Below, piece after piece: positions 1-13,571 of a stretch of 64,000 bases of DNA (the first letter of the stretch is position 1; each line of letters opens with the position of its first letter). The notes below the pieces were generated by a model. That model made no database searches. It was not told where the DNA came from and was given only the letters and a program-made list of their open reading frames with translations. Source of the stretch: the human T2T-CHM13v2.0 reference genome, Homo sapiens; NCBI RefSeq assembly GCF_009914755.1, contig NC_060925.1, one strand, 5' to 3'. The translations under genes and the position numbers were made by a program.

Positions 1-627
1 ACAGGAAGTCTTTTCTCATTGCTTGTTTTTGTAGATGTTGTCAAAGATCAGATGACTGTAGGTGTGTGGCTTTATTTCTAGGCTCTCTATTCTGTTGCAT
101 TGGTCCATGTGTCTGTTTTTGTACCAGTACTATGATGTTTTGGTTATTGTAACTCTGTAATATGGTTTAAAGTCAGGTAACGTGATGCCTTCAGTTTTGT
201 TCTTTTTGCTTAACCTATTTTTCACTATTCAGGCTCTAAAAGTTCCATAGGATTTTTGAATAGTTTTTTTTTTTTTCTAATTCTGTGAAAAATATCACTG
301 GTAGTTTGCTAGGAATAGCACTGAATCTATAAGTTGCTTTGGGCAATATGGACATTTTAACAATATTGATTCTTACTATCTATGAGCATGTAATATTTTT
401 CCATTTGTTTATGTCATCTCTGATTTCTTTGAGCAGTGTTTTATAATCTTGTTGTAGAGATCTTTCACCTTCTTGGCTAGCTGTATTCCTAGATATTTTG
501 TGTGTGTGACTGTTGTGAATGGGACCTCATTCTTGATTTGGGTCTCATCTTAGACGTTGTTGATGTATAGAAATGCTACTGATTTTTGTAAATTGATTTT
601 GTATCTTGAAACTTTGCTGAAGTTGTT
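1..627 (-). mobile_element. LINE-1 ORF2 fragment (L1PB/old L1PA-like), 5'-truncated at ~627, continues off left edge
   Basis: Antisense L1 ORF2 text (gtctgtttttgtaccagtac, agtcaggtaacgtgatgcct, agaaatgctactgatttttg, actttgctgaagttgtt). Confidence 0.9.
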
Positions 628-679
628 CTCATAAACAAAAACACATAAGTTTTTCAGGCACTTAGGCACCTTAACCTCA

Positions 680-1040
680 CTGTCAATGTGCCAAATCTAA
701 TCAGCAGGCTTGTTTAGCCCACACAGTGGTTTTTTGTTGTTGTTGTTGTTGTTTGTTTTTTTTTTTTTTTTTCTGGAACCAGTTGACATTATTTATTTAT
801 CCATAGACACATAAATATAGTATCATCTTTATATATCAGACTTCATGCACAGATCAGCAGTTTCTCCTAAAACATCAGAAAGTCCAGCAATACCAGCATT
901 CCCACATGGCAGCAATGAGCAGATACTTTCCTATATAGCAGCTCTTCCCTGCAGATGAGACAGGATCTCTCCCATATGTTAGGCTCAGCTCACTTCCTGG
1001 TTGCTGGTGAGCCTCACTCACTTATGTTCCTGTGAGCACA
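680..1040 (-). mobile_element. Probable MER102-like hAT-Charlie remnant, interrupted by (GTT)n/poly-T at ~730-772
   Basis: Resembles the reverse complement of the element at 23258-23595; highly diverged. Confidence 0.4.
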
Positions 1041-1674
1041 TGTAGGCAGTTAAGGTTTGATCCTTTTTACCTTGCAGCTTCGTGATACTGGGTCCCCGCC
1101 CTGAAGTGGCTGCAGAAAAATAGGAAATGATCCAGGTGGCAGGTGAAACTCTGCAAAGAAAGGGCCATGAGAATGACACAGAAATACATGCAACCCAGAC
1201 ACCTTTCAAAAATATCATGGGAATCAGTGAAATATTGTGTTGAGGGGAAGGAGAGGCAAGAGATTAATTTTAGAACACCAAGAGAAAGGTGATGGGATAA
1301 TTAGGGAGAAAAACAGAAAGGGATGGAGAAGGAGGAAGAAGAGAGGGAAGGGGACAGGACGAGAGGAAGAAAATATTTATGTAGCTGCTCTGCCAAGCAT
1401 TTTTACATGAGCAGGTTTCAGGGGAATATTGTGAGATAAATTTTGGATGTAGTGAGTTTTGAAGTCAGTGGAACTTCCAGAGATGGTGTCTAAAGGGCAA
1501 CAGACAAGAAAACAGGAAGATCATTTCTTCAACAATTCTTAATAATAAAAGTAATAATGATTAAAACATCTAATCCATATTGAACGTGTACTCCAAGCCA
1601 GTTGCCATGCTAAACATTTCCCATGTATGAGCAATCTTATGTAATCTTCCCAACAATTTTAAGAGGTAACAACA

Positions 1675-2270
1675 ACAATAATAATAATAATAAAGCCAAA
1701 ACAAAGTACAGAGTTACTATGCCAGACATTGCTTTGAAGGTTCTACACATACCAGGGGCCAGGCGCAGTGGCTCACGCCTGTAATCCCTGCACTTTGGGA
1801 GGCCGAGGCGGGCGGATCACGAGGTCGGGAGACCGAGACCAGCCTGGCTAACACAGTGAAACCCCGTCTCTACTAAAAATACAAAAAAAAAATTAGCCGG
1901 GCGAGGTGGCGGGCGCCTGTAGTCCCAGGTACTCGGGAGGCTGAGGCCAGAGAATGGCATGAACCCGGGGGGCGGAGCCTTCAGTGAGCCGAGATCGCGC
2001 CCCTGCACTCCAGCCTGGGCGACAGAGCGAGACTCCGTCTAAAAAAAAAAAAAAGAAAGGTCTACACATACTAACTTATTTAATTTTTGCAACAGCCTTA
2101 TAAGATAGGTATTTTGTTATTGTCTGCATTTTACAGATGAAAAAAAGTTAAAATCAAGAGGAATCAGGTGACTTTCCCAATATTACTTAGCTAGTAAGTA
2201 CTAACATTGGACTTCCCACTCAGGTCTTTTTGAATCTGTAGTTTAACTGTTGAGCCATTACAGTCTACTA
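1675..2270 (-). mobile_element. MIR, split by AluY
   Basis: ttactatgccagacattg ... cattttacagatgaaaaaa ... tgactttcccaa, the MIR antisense core on both sides of the Alu. Confidence 0.75.
1757..2055 (+). mobile_element. AluY (AluYe-like right arm), full length
   Basis: Dimeric Alu with CpGs retained; gggcgAggtggcgggc and gaacccggggggcggagcCt as in recalled AluYe; A-tail; TSD core tctacacatac (1742-1752 / 2061-2071). Confidence 0.95.
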
Positions 2271-3030
2271 GCACCCTGTACCAGGCACTATATTTGTCAC
2301 TAATGACTCAAAAAATAAAATAAGATAGGCAGTCTCTACCCTCAAGGAGCTCACAGTCCATTGAGAGAGACAGCCATGTGCACAAATGCTACAGGCTAAT
2401 ATCCAAGTGTACTCTTAGAGATATGTAAGTACTAGATGCTATGAAAGTGCAGAGGTAGGGGAGCTGAATCTACAGGTGGGAAAGGGGGGTTGTCAGGGAC
2501 TGGCAAATAAGTCTTCACAAAGGATGTAGCACAAGGTGGCTGATTCTAAAAAGAGGAATACAAATTTTCTAGTCAGGGAAGAGAGAGAAAAAAGTGAAAA
2601 AAGGCATGGAAATATGAACGTTTAACTCATCCTTGGGGAACATAAAGATGTCCTGGATGGCTGGGAATTTGTAAAGTGGAAAAGGGCAGAAGAAAATAAC
2701 AATATAAGAGCAGATGGAAAACAGACTGTGGAGGCTTTAAGCGCCAGGTTAGGCAATGAAAGGATGTAGGAAGCTAGTATTTCTTGTGAGCACTGTTATG
2801 CAAAAGGTGTGGACTTTGTGTTGACGGTAATGGGGAGAAATTGAAAGAGAATAACATACTCAGATGTGTATCTGAAAAAGGTCTCTCTGGCAACAAGGCA
2901 ACAAGGTGGACACTGGAATGTGAAGGTGCTAGAAGACTACAGAAAGTGTATTTAGAAGAATGGCAGCAGCCTGGAAAAGCAAGGATGGGGAATGAACCCA
3001 AGGGGTCGAGAAAAAAGGAGAGATAAAGAG
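2270..3030 (-). mobile_element. L2 fragment
   Basis: ccaggcacta ... ccctcaaggagctcacagtc, followed by purine-rich L2 antisense sequence. Confidence 0.65.
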
Positions 3031-3944
3031 AAATTGTAGAATTTTGAGATTAACAGGTTATGCCTTTGGAAGTGAAATACATCTTCTGGCTTTATATTAA
3101 TCATTTAAAAGATAATCTAATGGGATAACTTCCACAAATTTAATTCATCTTTACTATGCTGAATAAATTGTTTTACTCAATTGAAAGGCAAGTTGCTATT
3201 TTTATCTTTTTATATTTGTATCCGTGATCTACCTCTTTCCATAAAAGATTTGAGGAGTCTGGAAAATCACCAAGTGAAATGCAGTGTCTGATGGCAAGGG
3301 GCTTCTTACTAGAAGAACCACTCTGGCAGCATAAATCTGTCAAGTGAGACAGGTTCAAGTTGAAGATATCAAGAAACATCCTCTGCGTCAGCTCCAGACT
3401 CCAAGTTGCTGTCCCTTCCTTTCTCTGGTGAAACAAATGGTGAGAAAATGTCCAGTTTGCTCTGCTGCTAGACTGAGCCTTTCTCTGGGAAGAGGAAGAA
3501 ATATTGAAACTGGCAATGGGTTTCAAACAGAGCATGCACACCCTTTCCTGAAGACATTTAAAATTACATATGAAAACATGTAAATAAATCAAAACCTTAA
3601 ATGAGGCAACACTTTATTCTTAAATCAGATAAACTCTAAGCCAAGGTGAACCTCTCAAAAACAACTATATATTTAGTATAATGTATATTTATATATTTAT
3701 AAACTCACGATTGTGCACAAAGCATTTTATTTTTTTGCCTCCTTAATCTCATTTAATTCTTGTATAATAGCCTTCAAAAGAGGCTGGAAAATAATTATTA
3801 ATTATCTCCATTTTACAGATTAAAAAACTGAAGTTTAGAGGTTGAAGTGACTTTTTGAAACTCATACAACTTTAGTTGTTAGTGATAGACTTAGGTCTAA
3901 ACATCAATTTTACTAACTCTAATTTTAAGGAAAATGGGAGCGTT

Positions 3945-4500
<556 letters not shown>

Positions 4501-5747
4501 ACCAAACAAACATCTATTTAAATTCTGCCTTGGCTAGCTATTAACTACATGTTCCTGGCCAAATTATTGCAATTTTGGAGCTTCTGTTAAGTTTCATATA
4601 TATATAACCTGGTTTGGCATCCTGCTCTTAGTAGGCCACCAATAAATGTTAGGTTCCCTTCTTTCAACCACAATGCATTGTCACTAGTAATTTTTATGGC
4701 AGAAGTAATCATGTTAGTTAATCTAACATCCTAAAATGGCAGCACTTGTGTTGACAGCCAGAAGAAAACCAGGGACTATAACTTAAGCTCACCTTAAAGT
4801 CGTATTTTACTGCTATTCTCAAAATTTGCTCCCTGGATTCTTAAGATGTAATTAAAATTTTCTGTTAAGGAGGAAACAAAAACTATGCATGTCCATAAAA
4901 TTAATTATCTTGCCAATAAAAGCCCGTTTCTGATGGAATTCCTAAATGACCTAAGTATATTAAATCTGAGTTACTTAGTAATATCATAGTTTAAAAAAAT
5001 AAACTCTTGTTAAGCAAAGATTGGTTCCAGAAAATTGTCCTCCAAACACTGCAAGCTTTAGAACTTTTAAAATGAGTCACTTGAATTTGAAACTATGCCA
5101 TATTTGAAAGTCAGAGCTCTGGTATAATGGTTACAACTCTGTCAGGTAAAAGTGCTTCTTTTTAAAAATAAAATAATTTTTGTATTTATCCCCATCACAA
5201 GAAGAAAAAATAATATTATTAGACTACATTGATTTTTTAAATTGCAGTTACCAAAAACAGCTGTGTATTCATTTATATACATAAATTTGTATTTCATAAA
5301 TTTATATTTTACTAATCCTAAAGCTATTTTCATACACTTGTTTTAAAAAAGATAATATTTCGAGAAACTACATTTTTTCCAGTATACAAATTCTTGTGCC
5401 CACATGGATTTATGAATCCCTTCCAAAAAAAATTTCTAACATCCCACAATGATCCACAGGATGGAAACCACTATTCGAAAATATTACAACTAAAAGGGAC
5501 ATTTAAGGTTAATATAAACCACCTTAATACCTACTGAACATGTCCCAGCTTCAGTTTGAATCCTAGGCACGTGTTGTCTGTTTGAACATACTCAAAGACC
5601 TGAGAGTTGGGGGTAGCTGGACTTGGCATGCCCAAAGAGACAGGGGTGTGGTAAGTACCTCATGAGTTGGCCTATCCTGCAGTGGAGATATTAGGAAACC
5701 CTTTAGAAGGAGCTTATATTTGCTTACATCTCTCCTGTCCCCTAAAT

Positions 5748-6880
5748 CAGTGAGAGTCTGATCAGGAAAATGAAAACTACACTAATTATTTCAAACAAGG
5801 GTTGGGAGGGAGGATTTGATGCAGGCACTTGGTTCCAAAAGCATTCGAAAGCAAAGGAAGCCAAAAGGGGGTTGTAAATAATCCCAGAGATTAGTAACTT
5901 CAGGAAGCTGCTACCACCAGTAGGGCTGGAGGCACAGAAGGATGGAGGTGGTGTTAGCAGAGCCTAGGAACACTAACTGCCAACTCTGCTGCTGCGGGGT
6001 CAGACAGCAGCTACTGCTTATGCTGCTGTAATCACAACTGCCCGACTTACTGATATCACTGAAGCCCATGACCTCTGGCCATCACTAGCAATCACCCACC
6101 AGATCTACTGCAGCCAGATCTACTGAAGGTGGCTGGAGTACATAGCCACTCAGTTCTGCCAGTGGCAACAGCAAAAGCATAAAGAGAAGAGCAATGACCT
6201 TCTTCTCTATCTGTCTCCCTGCCCCAGTTCTAGCTCTGCTTTGCATGCAGTCTGCTGCTGTTACCTCCCACCGGTGAAACAGAAAGGGAAGCCCACCATC
6301 AAGGGAGTCTGGGAAGTGTACTTTGCAGAAGCCTAGCCCCTATGATACAGAACAGAGCATGGAAAACTTGGAAAGGAGCTGACAGCAGTCAGTAGTTGGT
6401 GCAGTCTAGCCCTTTAGTTACTCAGATTCTTTCTCACCCTTTTAGCCATATTTAACTTCCATTGATAACAGAATCATGGCCCTGCACGACATGATGTACC
6501 TCTTCCTCATACAAAAATTCTCTCATCATTTTCAAAAACTGAGAAGCATAAAGCCCTGTCAGCCACCATTTCCATGATTCACAATTCTACCTAGATATTC
6601 TATGACCTAAAAAAACTAAATTATAAAGGCAACTACCACCAACACTGCTCATATAAAATATTAAGAGTAAGGGAAAAAGAAAAAATAATTTGTTTATATT
6701 ATAAATATATATATATACACACACACATATATATATAAAATGCAAGATAGAACATGGATATAGCTGCTTTGGTTTTTGTTTCTATAATGGATCATTTACT
6801 CCATAGTTAATATTTATCCACATTCCTTTGCCCTTGGCCAGTTCTCCAGTAAAGAGACCCAAAGCTCACCTATTATGTCC
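5748..6880 (-). mobile_element. Old MaLR/ERVL LTR (MLT1M/N-like, ~5748-6400) plus adjoining internal sequence
   Basis: cccagagattagtaacttcaggaagctgctaccacc is shared with the LTR at 47060-47510; cattcctttgcccttggcca resembles the ERVL-type internal 3' end. Confidence 0.55.
6704..6737. repeat. (TA)n(CA)n(TA)n microsatellite
   Basis: Directly visible. Confidence 0.85.
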
Positions 6881-7089
6881 GATCACTGTTAGCCCTCCTA
6901 AATCTTGATGCTGCTTGGAGGCAGCAGTACCATCCAGAGCTAACCCTGGAAAATGAGAAGACTATGATGGACAGCATCCTCAGTTTAAATCAATTTAGAC
7001 TTGGATAAGAGCTCTCCATTTTTGATGTTCAGTGAATAAATAGTTTTACAAAATGTTGGCAATTTCAGTTAGGTTATTTTCTTTTAGAA

Positions 7090-9840
7090 TATGGACATAT
7101 TTTTACCATTTTACCAATATGTTTTGTTTCCATCTACTATCTTGTTAGTTTTCTGTTTATCCCACCTGGTTTTTTGGTTTCTTTTTTCTACTTTTTCTGA
7201 TTTTGTTTGGATGAATTATGCAGGATCTGTGTTACATTTTATCTTTTCTAGTGATTTATTAACAACAACGTTTAGTTTTATTTATTTTGTAGTTTTGTTA
7301 GGATTTACAGTATGCCTCTTTTAAACACTGACTACCATCAAATAATATTCATCAAATATCAAATAATATATAATGTAAGAAACTTAAAAGAGTAAACTAT
7401 CATTTCTGCCCGCCTTACTTTGTGATCCTCATCATACATTTCACCTCTGCATATGTTAACTATACAATGTAGTTATTATTTTTATTTAAATAATTAATTT
7501 GCCCTTAAAGATACTCTTTTTAAATGAGAAAAAAATGTTTTATACTTACCCATGTATTTACTATTTCCAGTGATGTTTCATTTTGTAGATCTCAGTTTCC
7601 ATCTGGTATCATTCACTTTCATACTGAAGAACTTCCTCTACCATTTTTTATAGTGCAGGTCTGTGGATGACACATTCTATCACCTTTTGCTTATTTGAAA
7701 ATGTCTTTGTTGTGCCTTCCATTTGTGCATGTTGTTTACTTTTTCCATTCTGCTAGCATTTTAATCATAGTTATTTTAAATATCTGGTTTGATCACTCAA
7801 AATTTCTGCCAGTCTGAGTCTAAGGCATGCTTTCTCTCTTCAGACAGAGTTTTTGCATTTTCACGTCTTCTAGTTTTTTGCTGACAGCCTGAGAGGATGT
7901 ATCAATTAGAAGGAAATGAAGTAAATAGACCTTTTGTGTGAGGTTCAATGTTGATCTGGCTAGGAGTTACATTGTGTTTGCCAGTTGCTATAGCTGTACA
8001 TATCAAAGGCTAGCATTTTCTCTGGGTGTCCTTGTTTTAGTCTTCCCTGTTATTTTTAGATTTCCCTGGAGACTCTTCCTTAAATAGGGTCTGAGGCTTA
8101 CAGTTCTTTGGCTATAATGCCCTGTTATTATACAGTAGCACAGTTGATGTTGTGGAAAGTGGTACAGGCTCCAGCACCAGGCTTCTCCTCCAAGGCTTCC
8201 TTCTTTCTTTAAGCTGAATTCTTTGTATCTTCCTGTCTCTAATATTCAAGGTAGTGGCTTGCCCTGTTACCTCAATTTTAAGAAGAGTTGTGGATTTCCA
8301 GTTTTTTCAGATTTTTTCTTATTATGAGAATGGGAGTGATAACCACAAATCAGAAATCTCATTGTCTTCTATTTTCAAAGAATATTTTTCCTGAATGTAA
8401 AACTTAGTTTGACATTTTTTTTTTTACTTTTCACACATTAAAGATATTGTTCTGTTGTCTTTTGTGCATTGGTATGATAAGAATTCAGCAATCATTGTTT
8501 TCTTTTTTAATTTTACACATAATGCATCTTTTTATCTTGCTGTTTTTAAGGTTTTCTCCTTATTGCTGATTTTCAATAATTTGTCTATGATGCACCTTGA
8601 TATTTTCTTTGTGTTTGTCCTGTTGAGATCCTTGGGAAAAAAAAATGGCAATTATTTCTTAAATAATTTTTCTTCCCTCCTTTTTCTGGGTCTCTAATTA
8701 TATAGATATTATACTATTTCATATTTTCTCAAGGTAATTGAGGCTCTGTTTATTTTTTGTCTTATGTTTCTTTTATCTACATGTCTTCAGTTGGTTAGTT
8801 GCAAGTTTGCTAATCTTTTGTTCTGTTGTTAAGTCCATCAGATGAATATTGTATTTCAGATACTTCATTATTCATCTCTAGAATTTCCATTTGGTTATTT
8901 CTTGACTCATTGTGTTTATATTATTCTTTAGATACTTCGAAATATTTATAATAGCAATTTTAGAGTTCTTGTCATCTAATTACATCATCTCTATAACTTT
9001 TGGATTCATTTCTACTGACTGATTATTATTCCAGATATGGGTGACATTTTTCTGTTTCTTTGCATATCTAGTATTTTTTATTGGATATTGGACATTGTAA
9101 GTTTTACATTATTAAATATCTAGATTTTGCTGTCTTCCTTTAAAGAATGTGACAGCTTGTTCTGTTCGACATTTAAGTTGCTTGTGAATCAGCTTTTGCT
9201 TTCACATATTGTTTTTAAATCTTGTTAGAGTAAGTCTAGATTTAGACTGTCCTTTACTCTGCTACCATGGCATGAACCTTCTTGAATCTCTACCGAATGC
9301 CCTAGAGGGTCAACAAGATTTCTGTATTCTGATTGGTCAGAACTCCCAGCCCTTTGTTGGCTCTAGGAATTATTTGGCTTACACTCCCTCATTAGGAATT
9401 CTTTGCCAGATACTTGTTCTTCACTTGACCTCAGAGAGTCCCATTCTATACATGCACCAGATAATATTCAGCCAAAGGCTCACAGGGACTCCTATGTATA
9501 TTTCTGGATCTCTTTCTGGGCTTATCTCCCTTTTCTCTGATACTCTACCTTGCAGTTCAAGTCACTTAGGCCTTCCCAAACTCCTCTCTTTGTTTTCTCA
9601 ACTCAGTGAAACTTTCAAGCTTTGCTTGGGTTCCCCCTCCCTATGCCACATTCCAGAAAGTGCTCCCAGACTGAAAATTGAGTTGACTATAGGGCTCACC
9701 CCATTTGTTTACCTTCTCTCTTGGAGCATGATCTTGTATCATCCAATGTGTGAAAACAGATGTATCATATATATTACTCATTTTTTCTAGCTGTTTATAG
9801 CTAGTGAGCAAGACCATTACCAGCTACCAATTATAGATAC
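7090..9840 (-). mobile_element. Mosaic of ancient L1M (L1MC/MD/ME-type) fragments
   Basis: Strong T bias and antisense L1M motifs (tttccatctggtatcatt, tagtgcaggtctg, ttcatctctagaatttccatttgg, tttctactgactgatt). Confidence 0.7.
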
Positions 9841-9964
9841 TTTTAGAATTTCACTATAGAAAAAAGATATATAGGAGATTCCACATATATAGTTATACAT
9901 TAATTTGACAAACACCTGTTAAATACCTAACAAGTTCCTGGCACTATGCTTCAAGACAAAGCAA

Positions 9965-10205
9965 AATGGTAGACTGGGAAAAATCTAACATTTGGAGTCA
10001 AGAGATCTGGGTTCCAGTCTTGGTTATCTGTTTGCTCACTTTGTAACAAGTTACCTAACCTCTCTGAGTCTCAGCTTTCTTACCATTAGACATAGGTAAT
10101 AATATGCTACTTTGCAGGATCATTGTTAGGATTAAATATATTGTCTGTAAAAACAACTGGCCAATTCCTGGCACATAGCCTGAGCCTGATTGATTGCAAT
10201 TATTA
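9965..10205 (+). mobile_element. MIR
   Basis: ttggagtcaagagatctgggttc..aagttacctaacctctctgagtctcagctt..aggattaaat..cctggcacatag. Confidence 0.8.
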
Positions 10206-11842
10206 ATTTTATCGAATGTGCTATGGAAAAAATTGAAGGGACAATAAATCAGCAGATTGGGGTGAGAAATGACTCCATTGGAGGCTAGTAATAACCCTAT
10301 GTCTGGCAGTAAAGGAAGAAACTGGGAGAAATCCAAGAGAAAGAAAGAACAATGAAAACTGAGAGCTTAAAGAAATAAACTTTTCTCTCCTGGTTAAGTA
10401 AGGGAAAGTCTCACAGTATGAAATCTGAGAATTTCAGTCACACTCAGGCACTGAAAGGCAGACCAGCAGCTACCGATAGAGAAAGTGGATTCCTTAAAAA
10501 CAGAAGATGAAGCACCAGAAACGATGGGCTTGATCTCTGTCAGGAGAATCACTGTGCATACATAAAAACTGATGGAAATATGCTCCTCAGTGTCATCTCC
10601 AAATATCAGGTGGAGGACTCCAGCTAAATCTGAGATTTCATGACATGCATAAAGAAGACTTTGCCAGCTCTAAGGGACAAACATAAAAACAAAAGTGTTT
10701 CAAGTTAATTAAACTTAGTAGCACAATCTTTTGGTTAAGTGCATTTTCTGTTTTTCAGAAATACCCAAGAGAGCTGCAAGAAAAGAAGATGGAGGTTGAA
10801 GGAGAAGGGTAAAAGCTAACACATAATCCATGCTGCTAATTAACTGGGGGGTTGAAATGAAAGAATGACTGATATAGGTATGAATCTTTAAATTAGGCCA
10901 TTTCCCAACTCTCACCAAAATTCAGATTTTGTTCTTTCTGCTCTAACTTCATTTTTCAAAGTAACCTTAACAGTAATGTGTTAAAGTAAATTAATATTGT
11001 GTTGATTTGCTGTGTTCAAATTTAATCTCCCCATAGAATGCAAGTGCCTTGAATTCAGTCAATGATGACTTATTTTTCTTTATACTGTATCAGCAAATAC
11101 AATATCATATACAATATGGTATAAAATGCATACCATGTATTATAAAGGCCCATAGTAGGTGCTCAATAAATATTTTAAGCATAAAAGTTGGAATAAATTA
11201 ACGAATGGAAAGAAAATCAGCTTTTCTGACAAAATTAACAAAAAAATTACAAAGGAGTTACTTTTTCAAATGAAGCTGACCACTCTCCAATGAGAACTCC
11301 AATGCTTGTTAAAGCTGGAGCACATTTTTGTAGAAAGCTTTTAGACAAACCATCTCCCTCTCCTTCCTGCTGCCCAATTTAGCCATAGAAAATACAAATA
11401 GTCGTGGTTACTTTGAGAAGAATTCTCAGTGGCACTAACAACAGGAAATAAAATGGGGTGATTTGTGGGATGAGAATTTAGTGAAATTTGGGAATTTTAT
11501 ATAATATTATCATTTTGGTTGGTTTTTACTTTATTAAATTAAAATTCTTTAAAACTCAAGGCAATACAAACAAATGAATTCAGACAGAAATAAATCTTAT
11601 TAAATAACATTCTGTAAGAGAAGCTTTTTGTTGATTTTGTCTGCTACCTTTTTTAGAATAATCAAAGATAGTTTACTTATCAGTGACATTCCTAGTAATA
11701 TTTCTTAAAATTGACTTTTTCGGAGTGGCCAAACCACACTATGGAATAGAAGTACTTATTATTTTCTATGTGGCTAATTTAAAAACAATTATATATAACC
11801 ATCCTACAGATGATATTGACAGTTGAATTGGTTTAAGAAATT

Positions 11843-12075
11843 AGCAAGCCTAAGCAACATGGCAAAACTCCATCTCTACAAAAAATAAAAAAAAAAAAAA
11901 ATAGCTGGGTGTGGTGACATACACCTGTGGTCCCAGCTACTTGGGAGGCTGAGGTAGGAGAACTGACTGATCCTAGGAGGTGGGGCTGCAGTGAGCTGTG
12001 ATCATTCCACTGCACTCCAGCCTGGGCAACAGAGTGAGACCCTGTCTCAGAAAAGTAAAGAAAAGAAAAGAAAAC
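11843..12075 (+). mobile_element. AluJ, 5'-truncated
   Basis: End of left arm, A-rich linker, right arm with ggctgcagtgagctgtgatc and gagaccctgtctc. Confidence 0.9.
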
Positions 12076-12509
12076 AGACTTAGAGCCAAAAAAAAAAAAG
12101 TCTATCATCTAGCCTGTTCTGACTCCTTTTATATACATTGTCCATGTTCTATGGCGCTTCATCACACCAAGAAGTCCTTTTTTGATATCAAAGGCTTAAT
12201 TACTCTTTGATCAGACTTTGAATTTCTATGGCCATCTATAATTGCTCAAAGTTTAGTTTCCAAATTTGTAACAATTGTACTTTAGGAGATCAGGTGCCAT
12301 ACAGAGGCAGTCTTTAATACTTACTAACCTGAGAACAGGTTAATGAATGGAAAGAAAGTAACTTTCTCTATTTCCCTGGTCGGGCATTATCACTAATATG
12401 TTCTAATATGTGTGAGAAATGCTATAAAATCCTTTTAATCTGAATACTAACCTCTTAGCCAAATGTAAGCTTTAAAAATTTGCATCTTCCCAATTAGACA
12501 AAAATGGGT

Positions 12510-13055
12510 TTTTTTAAAATTAGATTTACATGTAGTAAAATGTATAATATTAAGAATATGATGACTTTTGACAAATGTGTACATCTGTGTAATCGACACT
12601 TCTAAAGAAATACAGGGCATTCCTATGCCCAGAAAGCTTTCTCATGCCCTTTACCAGACAATCTTCCATGTCAGAGATAGTCATTCCAAAATTTATTTTC
12701 AATCATAAATTAGTTTTGCTTATTTAGCACCTCATATTGAATCATACAGAGTTCTGGGTATTTTTTTACCCAGTTTTTTGGGGCTTAGCATAGTGTTTGA
12801 GAGCTCTACCCATGAAATTCAAGTATTATTGAGCGGCATTAAAATGTTTCAATATATTTGTTTCTCCATTTACCTTTTGCTGGGCAAAAGGGTTGTTTCC
12901 AGTTTGGGGCAGCTCTGGATATTCTTGTGTAGGTATTTTTATGAACAATTTGGTTTCCATTTCTCTTGGAAATATACCTAAGAATAGACTTATAGGATCA
13001 TAAGTTAAGTGTATTTTAGCTTTGTTAGAGACTGCCAAACTTTTCCACAGAGGTT
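12510..13055 (-). mobile_element. L1ME-type 3' fragment
   Basis: ttttgacaaatgtgtacat..ccagaaagctttctcatgccc..tttctcttggaaatatacctaag..actgccaaacttttcca. Confidence 0.75.
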
Positions 13056-13065
13056 TAGTGGATAC

Positions 13066-13206
13066 TGTAGCATGCTGCCCAGATTCCTTCTTCCAGGACT
13101 AATGCACCCATTCCCTCAACTGCTAGAAATGGCAACCGACAGTTCTTAACTAAATCCCTTTCTGAGATTCACCCTCAGGTAAAGAGAGTCACCTTACCAA
13201 GATAAC
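13066..13206 (+). mobile_element. LTR16-like (ERVL) fragment
   Basis: tgtagcatgctgcccagattcc..aaagagagtcaccttaccaagat resembles the LTR16 5' part. Confidence 0.5.
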
Positions 13207-13270
13207 GCTCAGGGTTGGGACAAGAGTGAGGGAAAAGAGTTGCCTAGAATGCAAAATTTAAAGAGGTACA

Positions 13271-13571
<301 letters not shown>

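Noticed and set aside
3173-3592. 139-aa minus ORF and overlapping 79-aa plus ORF in unique sequence
   Set aside because: No family similarity recognised, no convincing splice or Kozak context; length is compatible with chance.
9209-9790. Longest ORF in the track (193 aa)
   Set aside because: Non-ATG start, Leu/Ser-rich, lies antisense within old L1M sequence; no recognisable domain.
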